A stretch of 63,328 nucleotides of DNA, the filler included, from Guillardia theta CCMP2712 (Eukaryota; Protista; Cryptophyta), in assembly GCF_000315625.1 (NCBI RefSeq). It is 6 parts of 6 records of this genome, joined end to end, with 100 filler letters (N's around TTAATTAATTAA, not from the genome) between each part and the next. Parts side by side here need not be neighbours in the genome. Positions count along the whole stretch, not along the records: positions 1 to 25,875 come from NW_005434568.1; 5 more parts are not named here. One strand, given 5' to 3'. Shown piece after piece: positions 1 through 12,719 of the stretch. Both the position numbers and the translations under genes were made by a program. Position 1 is the stretch's first letter. Each line of letters opens with the position of its first letter. The notes beneath the pieces were generated by a model. The model was not told where the DNA came from. It did no database searches and was given only the letters and a program-made list of their open reading frames with translations.

Positions 1-929
1 CGGGAGGGGAGTAGGGAGGGGAGGAGAGGATGTGCATACAAGGAAGAAGCGGATGCGCAGATGTGACATGGATGGTCGTCAGTTGCTTTTGTCATGCCAA
101 GCGAACGTAGTTATACTGTTGCAGTCGTGAAAAAATGTTTGAAGATACAGAATGATGGGAACGCGAGGATGGTCTTGAGCGGGGAGATGGCTGCATAGAT
201 GAAAGAGATAATAGATGGATTGAGAGACTAAGAGAGTCTGAGAAGCTCACAAAGCAGCAAGATATCATATCTACTACCCTCCCCCCTCCCCCGTTTCCTC
301 GATAACGACTCAAAAGTTGATTTTCTGAGCTGATAGCATTTCAGCAGGAGTTCGGGGAGGGATGACAGCCATCATGTCTCCCAAGAGCATTCTTATCCCG
401 GTTGCATCAGTGTGGATGATGATGGGAGTTGTCATGAGCTTCACCCCTCAAACTTGTGGGTTCCAACTCATTTGATGTTTTCCATTCCTGATTGCTTTTC
501 CTCCTCAGGTCTGGTTTCCCGCAAGGGCCTCAGCGTGTGGGTCAGAGACGATCAGCAACGAGAGTGTGTCTGCAGCCTGCGGATGGGAGCGATGGGGAGA
601 GGAAGGGGAGCTCCCGATCAAGACTCTCTCAGCCTGTCACAGCAGATGATAGATGAGAAGGTGCGATCCCGACCCCCCCCCCTCCCCCCCCCCCCCTTTC
701 GTATCGCTTGTTACGAACAAGTTGGTGGGTTCTTGATTAACATGCCTCCATCCTTGTCCTTGTCCTTGTCCTCGTCCTTGTCCTTGTCCTTGTCCTTGTC
801 CTTGCGGGTAGGAGCAGGGCTGATGGGAGGTAAGGACTATCCTCCCCTCCCCTCCTTATGATTCGCACATTCGACTTAACAAGATCGATGCAGGAGGAGG
901 AGGAGGAGGAGTTTGACATCAAGGCACGC

Positions 930-1525
930 TTATCTCAAGTAATCCAGAGGAACGTATCCTGTCGCAATGGCGATCCCGACGAAGATGAGGGGGATGAAGA
1001 GGATGAGGGCACCTGTCACATGCGTCACCGGATGTAACGGCAGGAAGGGAGAGAAGGCTCAAGGAAAGATCGCGGGAGCCAACATGTAGGAGAAGGACAA
1101 GTAAACAACTAGGAACAGACGACTGTGGAGTCCGAGGTGCTTTCAACACGCCTCGACCAGAGGGAAACGAAAATGGTCGCAAGTAAGTCCAGGGGGTTTA
1201 GGTTTGACTCACCTGTGGCAAAAAGCAAGACATCCTGATCGTTCTTCCTGTATCCGAGGCCTGAGTTCTGCTCATAGTACTTCTTTGCCATCTCCTCTTC
1301 GTTATCCTCGGACATGCGCAGAGAAATCAAGCCCTTCTGCTGCGCATGGAACGATGGAGCGCCGAGACACGGAGTCGGGCGGGCATGGAGAGGAGAGGAA
1401 GATCTCTGCGACGCAAGGGAAAGGGACGAGGCAGGAGAGGATGATGTCAAGACAGAGGAGGGAGATGAGAGGAGAAAGGCTGAGGTGGCAGTGGCCTGAA
1501 GGAGGAGGAGGAGGAGGGCAGCCAT
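930..1525 (-). CDS. Small plastid-targeted single-transmembrane protein, 131 aa, 2 exons (1525-1213, 1012-930)
   Basis: ATG at 1525. Signal peptide MAALLLLLLQATATSA|F, then an S/P/R-rich transit peptide ending LRM. The GTGAGT..ACAG intron keeps frame (313+83=396 nt), giving ...DQDVLLFATGALILFIPLIFVGIAIATGYVPLDYLR* with TAA at 930-932. Confidence 0.8.
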
Positions 1526-1549
1526 GGCGGTGCAGGGGGTTCAAGGAGA

Positions 1550-2700
1550 AAGTGCTTATAAGTGGTGGGGTGGAGCATCAAGGGGATCACGTTGGGGGGT
1601 GGGGGTCCTATTATACCCCCTATATTGCCTTTCTTCGTGGATAATTGAGGGGTACTATGGGAAAATCCGGACCACCGGTGATGTCATGGTTTTCGCACTG
1701 CCGAATGTGACGTATCGGGGGGAGGGTGCAATGTCCAGGGGTGGGGGTACTACAGCCAGTGCACCGATATTAGAAAAGGGTGGGTATTTGATGGACAAAA
1801 AGGGGTAGTGGTAGTGATGACTCGAGCCAGACCTCCAAGGTAGGTGGATGCTGATCTGGGAGGATCGGAGGTCTAAAAATGGTCGCCGTGGGGGTAGGGT
1901 CATCATTTTACCCTCATCCTCCCTCAGTCCCAAACTAGATCTCGCTGGTGATGAACAGGGTGATAAAGGTACCCCCTTTCGGCATATAAAACTACCCCCA
2001 CCCTGGTATACTTGAAGGGTAACCCTACCCTTGCTAGGGTGGCAGGCTTCAGGTATTACCCCTCCATTGTTCTGTTATACTACCGGTTCTGAGGTGCTTT
2101 ACTGCTTGTGCTACCCTGGCACCACTATAGAACCCCCCTGTGTCGCATCTACCCCTACTTTTACCCTCAAATATACCCCTCCCCCTTGTCATCTTGAAGT
2201 ACCCCCTGTTTTTTTATGTCGGAAATCTCAATTCAAATTTTCAAAACATATACCCCACCCTATTGAGAACCTTTGATGGTCTTCACTACCCCATTTTCAA
2301 AAGATAAATATACCCCTAGTCAACATACCCTACCAATGAAAATTTTACCCGCCTTCTGTACCCCTTCTTTCCAGCGCTACACCCTTCATCCGAATAACTA
2401 CTACTCCACCCCCCTACCCCGAAAAGTACCCACCCCAACCTGTCAATATTTTTTCTCAATTACAGTACCGGTACTTTTGTGAATACCACCCCTTTGATTT
2501 GGCCGGATCCCGGTGAACCCTACCGGCTACTCTCTTGATCTGCCCTATTTTATTGAGGTCTACCCACCCTTGTTCATCCTGTACCCCAACTTTTGGGTAC
2601 CCTACCCTACCTCCTAGGTCCAATCTTTCGGAAGAAAATCACCATCTACCCCTATCTTCACTACCCCCACTGCACATGTGTGTACCCCTACCCCCTTGTC
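1550..2700. promoter_or_regulatory. Divergent intergenic region dense in GGGTA (left part) and TACCC (right part) motifs
   Basis: Many ggggta/gggta copies at ~1550-1900 and taccc/tacccc copies at ~1960-2700, between divergently transcribed genes. The regulatory role is inferred. Confidence 0.45.
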
Positions 2701-3450
2701 CCTTGTGTCCCCACACTCCTCGGCGCCGTCACATTGCGAACCATGGCGGGAAGGCAGTACGAAGAGAGAAAAGGAGAGAGGAGATCTTAGAACAAGACCT
2801 TCATGGTGTCAACATGTTGTAGCAAGAAGGAGATAGTCAGAAGAGAGCTCGTGGAGTAGAGCAGGAACGAGGGAGGGAAGAAAAGAGGATTCCTCCTAAT
2901 GATTTCCTTGGTTGGCAGTAGAGAGTAGCTGAGGGAACAGGGAACGGTCTCCCTTCCATACCATCCATGTATCATCTGAGTTACGTAATAGTGCAGAATT
3001 CCATTAAGGGAGAGGAAGGATGTCATACATGTGAAGACATTTATTGGTTTGAGTCAGCACAAACTCTGATGTTGGGACGATTTTGGGATTGCCCGGAGCG
3101 GGGATGGAGGAGGGGAGCGAGAGAGGTTTTCCTATGCAGTCGCAATGGCAGATACTGGGATGAAGATGCATACATCGAAGTGGATGATGCTGTGCATGCA
3201 CATCAACTGTATCGTGGTTGTCGATCGTGAGACAAGGATGCATGGGTGTAGGGCAGGTCAACGAAAGCAAGACATCACCATAATGTCTTCACACGCACAT
3301 CTCCTCCTTGAGGAAACTCTCTTTGACTTGCATGTTTCTAGCAGATGATGTTCTTCCGCTGTGCGTAGACTGGTCAGAAGCACCAGACCCAAGCCCCGAG
3401 TCGTTTCCCCTTGATCCTCTTATCCTCCCTAACAGCAGCAGTGTCACTAC

Positions 3451-6400
3451 ATGTCGTATCAGATGCCCCCCCTTCGATCCTTCCTTCTCCTGCAACTTAT
3501 CTCTGCCACCGTTGCCGAGATCCACGGCAGCGCCTCCTTACATGTTGCTCTCTCGAACTCGAGACTGCCTCAGCACTCTCGGCAGAATCTGCCGATGTAC
3601 CTTGCTGATGCTCGGCGGGGCAACAAAGCGCACGTGCTGCAAGAATCCGGCCCCCTGGGATCGAACCTCGAGCTGATTTCCACTGCTCTGTACAACGCCA
3701 AGCAGGGAGTGGTGGACATGAGCAGAAAGGTCAAGGAAACCGCAGACGCGTTTGGGTCCTTTGCTGTTGAGAAGACGCAGTTATCGATCGACCGCGCAGC
3801 AGAGTTGTACAAGCAGCATCCCAAGGAGGCAGCAGCTGCCTCCCTCTCTCTAGTTGTTGCTACTGCCCTCCTCCACGCTCTTTGTCCGCACAAGAAGGAG
3901 GAGGAGGCGGTAAAGGCCCAGGCGTTTAGCTTGCAGGATGCTCTCAATCAAACGTCTCGGATGATCCAAGAATGCACCACGACTGTCTGCAAACTCCTCT
4001 CGGACGCAGCGGCTGTCATGGGCAATCGGACTGAAGCAGCTCTGAACACAACGCAGGAGTGGTATGAGAGCAAGGTGAAAGTCGGGGCCCAGGAGACGTT
4101 GGATCTCTTGCAAGCTCTGTGGGCTGCTGCGAGCGAGACCGGGGGAGAAGCAGGTGTTGCTTCCTTGCCGTCTGTGATGAAAACGTTGGATGACAATCAT
4201 TGCTTGCAGCCCAGACGATCCTGCGGGAGTCCAAAAATCTGACGAGCACCGGCGTCCAGCTGTCAAAGAACGTGTCAAAGTTGATCTCAGCCAGTCTCCA
4301 GCAGTGCAAGTCGGCGACCGCCCGGCACGTTGAGGAGATCAAGAGGGGATCGCAGGTTTACTCCATCCCCCACACGATCAAGTCTGGGAGGCTGTCTAGC
4401 AAACGCGTCGTCCTTGACCTCGGTCTTCAGCCTCCACCATCTCGTTCCTCCTATTCACGGCTGTAGCAGGGGAGGAGCGAAGGATCGGAGGGCTGCTCAT
4501 CTCCAACAAGGCATCGTCGTACAAGGACAAGCAGCAGGTCAAGGCTGGCACGAGAGACTTCCAGGTCCTCGTCAGCAACGACGGGAAGAAGTGGAGGGTC
4601 GCACACAAGGTGTGGGGAGGAGGCGGTGACGGGGTACCCGGGATGATGGTTGACATGTGGATGGATGTCAGGGATGGTTGAAGCCGGGGCTTCCCTTCTG
4701 CTCGTCTCAGCTGGTCTCGTTCAAGAGTCAGTTGTGCAGGTGAGATGCAGAGATCGAGGAAGGGAGAGGAGGGTGATTGTGAAGGGATGGGGATGGGGAT
4801 GGAAGGAGGAGAAAGCTTTGTTGGAGAGTGTTTGCTGATCTCCAGGGCACCAGATACGTCAAGATCGTCTCTCTCAAGCAATATCGTGGCGGAGCTGGAT
4901 TCGACAGCCTGAAAGTCTTGCCAGGCATCAACAACTTCTGGCGTCTCACATCTGCTGCTGACAACTGCTGCAGTCTTCGGAATGTTGACCTCATGGTTGT
5001 ATGCGACCCGCCCTGTCGACTTCACTCAGGTTGTGCACTTTCTGGGGAGGTGGATGATAGGAGGAGTGAAGAAGTGGATCATGCAAGAGAGCGGAGGATG
5101 AGAAGTGAGGGGAGAGCAGGTGGTGGGAGAGGAGCCTTGGGAGCAAAGGATCGAGATATTTGCTGATACCTGCTTGCACAGTCAGTCTTGGACTCCAAGT
5201 ATCCTGAAATTTGGGGGGAAGTTGAGCTGCCAGTCGAAGGTAGGAGGTGTTGGGGGGGGTTGTTGTTGGTGTCGGTGCTGGAAAGTTCGAAGTTCCTCAT
5301 GGGTGGTGACAGAGTGGGAGCACAACGTGACGAGGTTCATCGAGCGCCGCAGGAAGGAGCTGGAGAATGTGTCGGTCGCAACTCTCCTGGTCTCTTCGTC
5401 CATCCCCCCCCTCCCTCCTACCTCTGACGAATCTCCAGACCATTCAGAACACGACCACCACCGCGCTGAAATCGTCGAAAAGCATCAGTCAGAAGGTAGG
5501 ACAGCGCCGAGTCGCGATGGAGGTGCTGGTGGTGCAGTAGGGATATGATGATGATGATGATGAGGGGGGAGGGGGGAGGGGGGGAGTGGAGATGCTGGAT
5601 ACAGTGGAGGTGGAAGGTAGTGGTAATGGTTGTTGTAGGAGAGGAGGAGGAGGAGGGTGGGGAGGCGCTCGTGAAGTCGTGGCTGACGCTGGTGATTAAG
5701 GTTATCGACAAGTCCAAGTTAATCGCCAAGAACGTGACCAGGGACATCAAATTCATCGCAAACTCGACGGTCGCTTTGGCCAATTCCACGGCAAGGTGAA
5801 GGATGGAGGGAGGATAGGGCGGGGCGGAGGGGAAGGGAACAAGGAAGACAGGAGAGGGGATGAAGATAGCGGGAAAGAGCGTATGGGAGGGGAGAGGAGG
5901 CTTACGAGACTACAGCCAAGTCAAGGCGTCGCTTGTCAAGGCCAAGATGGCTGCCGGGGAGATGCGAAAGAAGGTCGCTTCCTATATGCCGAGGTGAGAG
6001 AAGCCGGATGGAGAGGAGGAGCAGGGAGGGGCAGAGGGAAGGGAAGGAGACGAGAAGGAGGCATAGGAGGAGGAGGAGGAGGAGGAGGAGGAGGAGGATG
6101 AGGATGGAAGCTAGAGTTCTTGATGTTATGACAGCAAGTTGAGCATCTCTAAGTTGTTCTCAACCTACTCCTTCAACTTCACGAGGTGATTCAGTTGATC
6201 GCTGCTGCTCCTCCTCCTCCTCGTTCCCGCACCCACAAGTCTTCCTTGCTCTCTTCCAGTTNNNNNNNNNNNNNNNNNNNNNNNNNNNNNNNNNNNNNNN
6301 NNNNNNNNNNNNNNNNNNNNNNNNNNNNNNNNNNNNNNNNNNNNNNNNNNNNNNNNNNNNNNNNNNNNNNNNNNNNNNNNNNNNNNNNNNNNNNNNNNNN

Positions 6401-6700
6401 NNNNNNNNNNNNNNNNNNNNNNNNNNNNNNNNNNNNNNNNNNNNNNNNNNNNNNNNNNNNNNNNNNNNNNNNNNNNNNNNNNNNNNNNNNNNNNNNNNNN
6501 NNNNNNNNNNNNNNNGCCTTTGGTGCCAAATCTGTCTCCCCCTCCACTCCTTGGTTCCTGCTTCCTCTCCTCTTCTCCTCCCCTTTTGCCTCCCTCCCTC
6601 CCCTCCTCCTCCCCTCCCCTCCCTTCTCCCCCCTCCTCCCTTCTCCCCCTCCTCCCTCCTCCCAAGTCTTGACTGCAACGTCCTTGCAGAATCAGAAGTA
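3451..6700 (+). CDS. Multi-exon, putatively secreted protein with an F5/8 type C (discoidin)-like domain; 3' end uncertain (gap)
   Basis: N-terminal hydrophobic segment MPPLRSFLLLQLISATVA. Spliced exons read RVVLDLG-EERRIGGLLISN...GTRDFQVLVSNDGKKWRVAHK...GTRYVKIVSLKQY, the usual discoidin strand pattern. Confidence 0.55.
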
Positions 6701-6789
6701 AGGAGGTCTACCGCACTTGCAACACCCTCCTCCTCGCCTCGTCAGCGCTTGTACAGTCCTCGGATACTGATCCTCAAGTACCTCCCGAG

Positions 6790-7560
6790 TCCGTGCAGTT
6801 TACGGGGCCGCTCAGTGCGGCGATGCCGGGTTGCAGTCGGCAGCAGCTACTGACGGTCAAGTGACGACCAAGACTTGTAACATAAAGCCGCAAGAAGCGA
6901 CTCCCGAGAGTCTCACGGCCTGAAACTTCAGACTGGCCGCGCGTCACCGGATGAAGTTCGGACTCAGTTGCACGGTGAGCAGGCAACGAAGGCAAGTTGG
7001 CCACTGCCGAGACTCAAGTTGACCCTCACTGAGTGAGAGCCCGGCCTTTCGGCTGACCGGCGTGAGCCGCCGGCCCGGCTCGCCCAGGCACGGTGCCGTG
7101 ACGCCGGCCGCGTACGGTCACTGCCACGTTCCGATCACCGGGAGCCGGATCAAGTTCGGAGTGACTCCGAGCCTCCGACACCCGGTGGCACCCAGTCACT
7201 CGGACCGTCACGCCGAGTCACTCAGCCGGGGTCCCGGCGGGGCGAGTCCCGCGCGGGCGGCGTCGGGCCGCTGATAATCCGACCGGCCCGTGAAGGCCGG
7301 CTCGCCAAATGAGATCCGATCAGTGCTGCGGCACGCGTAATCGGCCCTGAGCGGCGCGGCCTCGGCGGAGTCACGAGTCACTGAGTCACAGTCACGCGGC
7401 GCCCCCCCCCCCCCGGGGCGCGGCGGCGCGGTCCCTGTCAATTGGCAACTCAAGTTCACAAGAGTCGGTCTTCCCGAGCCCGGGGGCCCGGCCCGGCGGG
7501 CCGGGTCCCGGCCGGCCCGGGAAGTCACCAAGTTTTGCTGTGAGTCCTACCGGTCACCGG
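6790..7560. other. GC-rich non-coding island enriched in CCGG, GAGTC/GACTC, GTCA/TGAC and AAGTT/AACTT
   Basis: Composition seen directly, with no splice-consistent coding frame. The same sequence type recurs at ~21370-21860, 36420-36800, 53230-53570 and 59300-59340. Confidence 0.55.
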
Positions 7561-9576
7561 GTGGCACTTATTAGGAGGCTACTATCACCTCTCAGATACC
7601 ACCCACCCTACTCGTTTATTTCATTCGGAAAGGTAACCCCCCTTGCATCGATTACCCCCTGCTTTAGCCTTTTTTCTGGGGATGTACCCCTAGATCTACC
7701 CTGTGCTTCCCTGCATCATCAACCCCGATCTGAATACCACCCTACCTTTGATGTCAACCTTTATCACCCCACCCTCAGTGTCAAACTTTTCCACCCCACC
7801 CCTACTTTCTCCTACACTACAGCAACCAACCAGAGCGGAACTCAGACTACCCCTACCTTCAAAGGAGTTGTTAGGGGTAAACCACATTTTTAACGGGTCT
7901 GGCTGACAGTGGAGGGTCCTTATCAGAACCACCCCTTTTGAATGGGGTACTTGTCGTGTGAATGGGGGGTACCTTTCTGGGTAACTAGCTACAACACCTA
8001 AAGGCACCTTGCAGTACCCTCCCTGTTTATGGGTGCAGTTAGGGGGTGGGGTACTTCGTAGTATGAAGACCCGAAGGGTGGGTAGGTTATGTTATCCGAA
8101 CAGTGAAGGCGGTACAAGCTACAGGAGGGGTGTGGGTAAGTTACGATATGTGTATACGGGTGGGGGTACTTACCGGGAGACAAAAGGGTGGGTGATTTAG
8201 TGATGAAAGCCAGGGTATCAGTTAAAGAGGGGGTGGGGTAGGGGTTCAGGAAGAAGTCAGTACCCTAAACTAAAAAGACAATATAAGTTGTTGAAAGTGA
8301 ATCCAAATAATAATATTTTTGTTTCGACAATTCGGTAGAAAAATTATGCTTGTACTTCGGTCAAGTACAACAGTTGTAGTGAGTTTAAAATATATATATA
8401 TTAATTTAAATAAGCTTGGTTTTTTAAAATCGGGATGAGGTTATCTTTAGGAATTAACATCAATACAGTACAAGATAAAATATTTAAAACACGTGAACCA
8501 AGGTTTTAGACGTTTAAGAGTTTTAGCGTCACATTCGGGCTGCTAAAACTCGTTTTTTAAAAAAGGCTCAGCCGCAAATGCCGGCTTTCCCGCATGTGCC
8601 TGGTGGCTAGCAAGCAAGCGCATGGCCGACACAAGAGGCCTCCTCCTCCTCCTCCCAACCTTCCCTACTTGTCCTCCTTGTCTCTAATATTCTCTATCTC
8701 GCTGCCGTCTCCTTCCTCCTCCTCCTCACCTGCACCTTGTGCCTCCTTACTAGGCTTTCAGTCCGCACACGTCTCCTTTTTATGCCCCATCCCTTGTTGA
8801 TCATCCGTTACTAGTCTCGGTCTCATACTCCTTATCCTACATTCTCTCTTGGTCATAGAGAAATTCCCTTCTTTGCTTCTTCTCTTGAACACCGTCTCTT
8901 GTCATTGCATGTTCATGCTGTCAGAGCCAATATCACACAGAGCCTGTTGGGAGTGACCTCTTTACCTTTCCTGCTCCTCATAACCTTTGGAAAGTTCTCT
9001 CAGAATATATCCCATGTTGTTTTCCTCTTTGATGTCCTTCCAACCTTGGTCTCTTCCTTCTTACCCCTCAATGGCACACATGAATCCATTTTTGGAATCA
9101 GTCGTCTCGTCCGTCACCTACCCCCCATCCCACCCCCCTTTTCTCCCCGAAACCACTTGGGACAAAGCAAAAATGCAGAATGTTTAGCGATACCATGCAC
9201 TACACTCTCCTTGCAGCTATCTTCGCGTTGTCTTGTTATTTGTGGAGGGATTTTTGTCTTTGCCTGTTGGTGCAACCTATTTTTGCCGGCTGTGTATCAC
9301 AGCGTCTCCTGTACTTTGTGCATGTCTATCTTCATCATCACTTTGTAAAGGGTGTTTTAAAGGGTGGTTTTTCCCCAAAATATTGGGGAGACTCCCTTGA
9401 TTGAGAAACGAAAGATCATTGAAAATAAATGCATGCCATTCACGCCTGTTGTTGTTCAGGCATCGTCGGCAGATTCATTAGTAGCTAGCAATCGATGGCG
9501 TAAAGGAATTAGTGCTGGATTGCAATCGACACCTTCAGTGAGCATCAGAATACGCTTCGACAAGCGAAGAAGTGCA

Positions 9577-12572
9577 ATGTCAGGAAACGGCTCAGTGCAA
9601 GGTCCAGGAAAGCACTACGTCCTCCCAAAGCTGCACAGGAGCCCATCCCAGCAGGTATCGTTTACTATTCGCAAGGGCGTGCATGATGGTTTCTTCTCAA
9701 AGAACTCTGAAGAGCAGTCACGGAAGACTATTCGCATCTCAGACCTTCAGGTTGACTCCCCTCAAAGATTCAGTGTTGTTGACATCTCTTCAAGGACTCG
9801 GAAGAAGAAAACGACAGTCGCAGGTACCATGCTGCTTCATCGCCTTTTTGCATGTTTTAGTGATGCAAGACATGACTTTGTCTTTTTCTTTCCCAATCCT
9901 CATTCTCCTCTTTCCCTTGCGCTCGCACAGCCCCGACATCAAGTCGGCCATCAGTCAGCTCGAGAAATCCGTCAGGATCTCGGACGATAGTCATCGATCA
10001 CCTCCCAGTGGCTCACAGGTATACTTGGTGTACACTCAAGGAAACATGCTCCGTCTTACTCTAGTGGGTCATGGCAGTCGGGTTCTCAGCCTCAGTCTCA
10101 ATCAAATTCCCTCCCTGGTTCCCTCCCCGGCTCCCACCAGAATTCAGGATACAACACACCCAATGGTATTTGAGCTTGTTTTTGCCTCTGAGGAGATAGC
10201 AGCTCGAAACTGCTATGAAATAACTTGAAAGCCTGCAGTCTATTCAAGGCCAATGTCACCGCCGATCGCCCCCTCTCCCATCTCCGCGTCTGCTGGAGGA
10301 TCGGGTTCGGTTTGCTCGTATTTGAGTTCTCACCCTGACACGTAGAGGACAGCCGCACCCACTCGGCCTGTCAGTGCTGGACCGAGTGAAAACCAGTCTG
10401 CAACGGTGAAGATCCCCTGACGCACGTCGTGCATCGTTGTTCATATGCTAAGGCAGGCATCCCCCACTAGCAAGCAACCGTCGAGCTCTGAACGCGAGCT
10501 GCATGCTCGCGTGAAGCAGGTGTGTTGATCTTCGCTCCCTGCAAAGTGAAGCTGAGACGGATGGGATTAGGCTGCAGTGCAACGAGCTAGGGATCTGACC
10601 AATGAAGGGTTCCGGTAAAGATTGATGGCTGAGATGTGATGGGCGATGGGATTGACTGGATTCATTGCTAGGGCCCTCAACAAGGAAAAGTATGCCGAGG
10701 TAAGGCTTTTCTTCATTAGGCTCGTCAGCATGACTTTGTCATTCTAGGCTCGTGATGCATTTGCCAATGCAGAACATGTATTTCGAGACCTCAATGACCT
10801 GGTGAGTTGTGGTGGAAACAAGTTCCATTGGTAAGTTGTTTTCCAATAGGAAAGTGCAGAAGAAGTTGCAAAACACAAGCTCAATGTATTCTAGAATTTG
10901 TTCTCTGTTATTATCACAAATGTGTGTAGGCCGAAGCCAAGATCCCTTCTACTCCCACCCCACCTGCCGGGACCAATGGAAATGCCAACAATGGGATCAC
11001 ATCAAATGCAGGCACTTCACAGGTAGTCCTAAACCCAATCGAATGTTGTCTTTTCGCGTTTGCTAACTTGAAACTTGACAGAATGGAACAAAGGTGTTGC
11101 TGTTTTGACATGCGTGCTGTGAACGGCATGCTGAGAGCGCTGGTCTGACAGAAATCAACGCCTGAACCCAACTCTGATTCGTCAAACAACGGAACACCAA
11201 CGTCTTCCACGAACGGCACCCCGAAAGGGTCCAATCAGAATCAGGTAAACATGTAGGCACGCTGTATCTCACTTCTCACAACTGGGAGCAGAGCGATTCT
11301 CCAGTGCAACCAGATAGTTCAATTCAACCTGTCACGATGCAGCAGCAAAATGTTGCGCAAAATGTTGGAGCCCAGGTCGTGTCTTGCGGTTGTACTGCTG
11401 GAGTGCTGACAGGGAAATAGTTGAAATGTGGGGTGGGCATTTCATTTGCAAAGAATGATTCTGGTCAGCGCCTCTAGTTGTAAGCATTTATTGGTGAAAG
11501 TGGTTATCAGGGGAGAGCAAGATTACATCCATTCGACAGAACAGCCCTGCTGACCTCTGTGGTCAACTTCAGGTGGCCCCCCCCCCAACGCAGCCGTGAC
11601 GTGTTTGACAAGTGCTATCTCTCGGTAGATTGGAGACACGATTTTGAAAATCGACGGAAAGTCGGTTTATGACAAGTCTGTGGAGGTAAGGACAATCGAT
11701 CCTCAAGCTCTTTCGTGCCCTTATAGCTCACACCTTCCTCCCAGGAAATCATCGAGTTAGTGCTGGGACCGCCGAACACCAGCGTTCAGGTTTTGCCCTG
11801 CCGATGATGTTTTGCGCTGGAGTGGGATAGGACGAGTAGGAGCTGATCGCCGGATACCACAGATCACCATTCAAACGCAATACGGCTTCCCTCATGTCAT
11901 GACGGCGCCATTCCAAGTAATGGACCAGTGGGCGAATCTTGTGCCTGATAGGGTCTGATACAGGAGCTCCCTTTCGACCTGAAGAAGGACAAGAGGCGGC
12001 GGAAGGAAACCTCGAAATCGAACACCGCCAACGATTTGTGAGTGCCATGGCTCCTCCTCTTTCAAGAAGACAAGGGTACTGACTTTTGGCCTCCAGTTTG
12101 CGGCCAGAAAACAGGTTCAGAGGGAGCAGGGTCAGGGTTTGGCGTGACTTGACGTGTCAGGTTGTACGGAGGTGGGAGGCTCCCCCCGGGTTTCGAGCAC
12201 CTCGAGTCCTTGAGATCAGCGCAACCTTATACAACTCCTTCTCTCAGCGTTCGAACTGTGAATTTGTCGGTGCGTGTCGCCTGCCTTTCATTGTTCTCCT
12301 ACATTGCAACGCCCTCTTCCTCTCCTACTAACCCGAATCGCTCCTCTCCTCCTCTCCTCGTCCCCCATCCCTCTTTCTCTGCTCTATCCCCATTGCGCTT
12401 TGCTCTCTTCTCGTCTCCAAACCCGCAACCCTAGCCCCGGCTCTCTCCCTTCTCTCTTCATCCTCCGTCTGCTTTCCTTCCGCCTCTCTCTTACTCCTCG
12501 AGCTCTCTTGTGACTGCTACTCGCAGCGGCAACTCCCCCTCAAGCAAAACTCAGAAGCCTCGCTGGACTTGA
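9577..12572 (+). CDS. Multi-exon protein with a C-terminal PDZ domain
   Basis: Exons at ~11420-11790 splice to CGVGISFAKNDSG...ESKITSIRQNSPADLCGQLQ-IGDTILKIDGKSVYDKSVE-EIIELVLGPPNTSVQ (PDZ consensus). There are many short GT-AG introns; both ends are approximate. Confidence 0.7.
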
Positions 12573-12719
12573 GACAGGCCCTGACGCAGGAGCAGCGGCC
12601 AGCTGAAGAAAGGCGGGTGTCAGTGGGCGAGTGACATGGGAGGGGGAGGAAGCGAATTGGATGTCTGTCTTATGTCAACATGTCTAGAGTTGCCAAGTCT
12701 CATTACAAGAGTCTGTAGG

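Noticed and set aside
8503-8551. GTTTTAG words resembling the start of type II CRISPR repeats
   Set aside because: Only a short match inside one hairpin, with no array.
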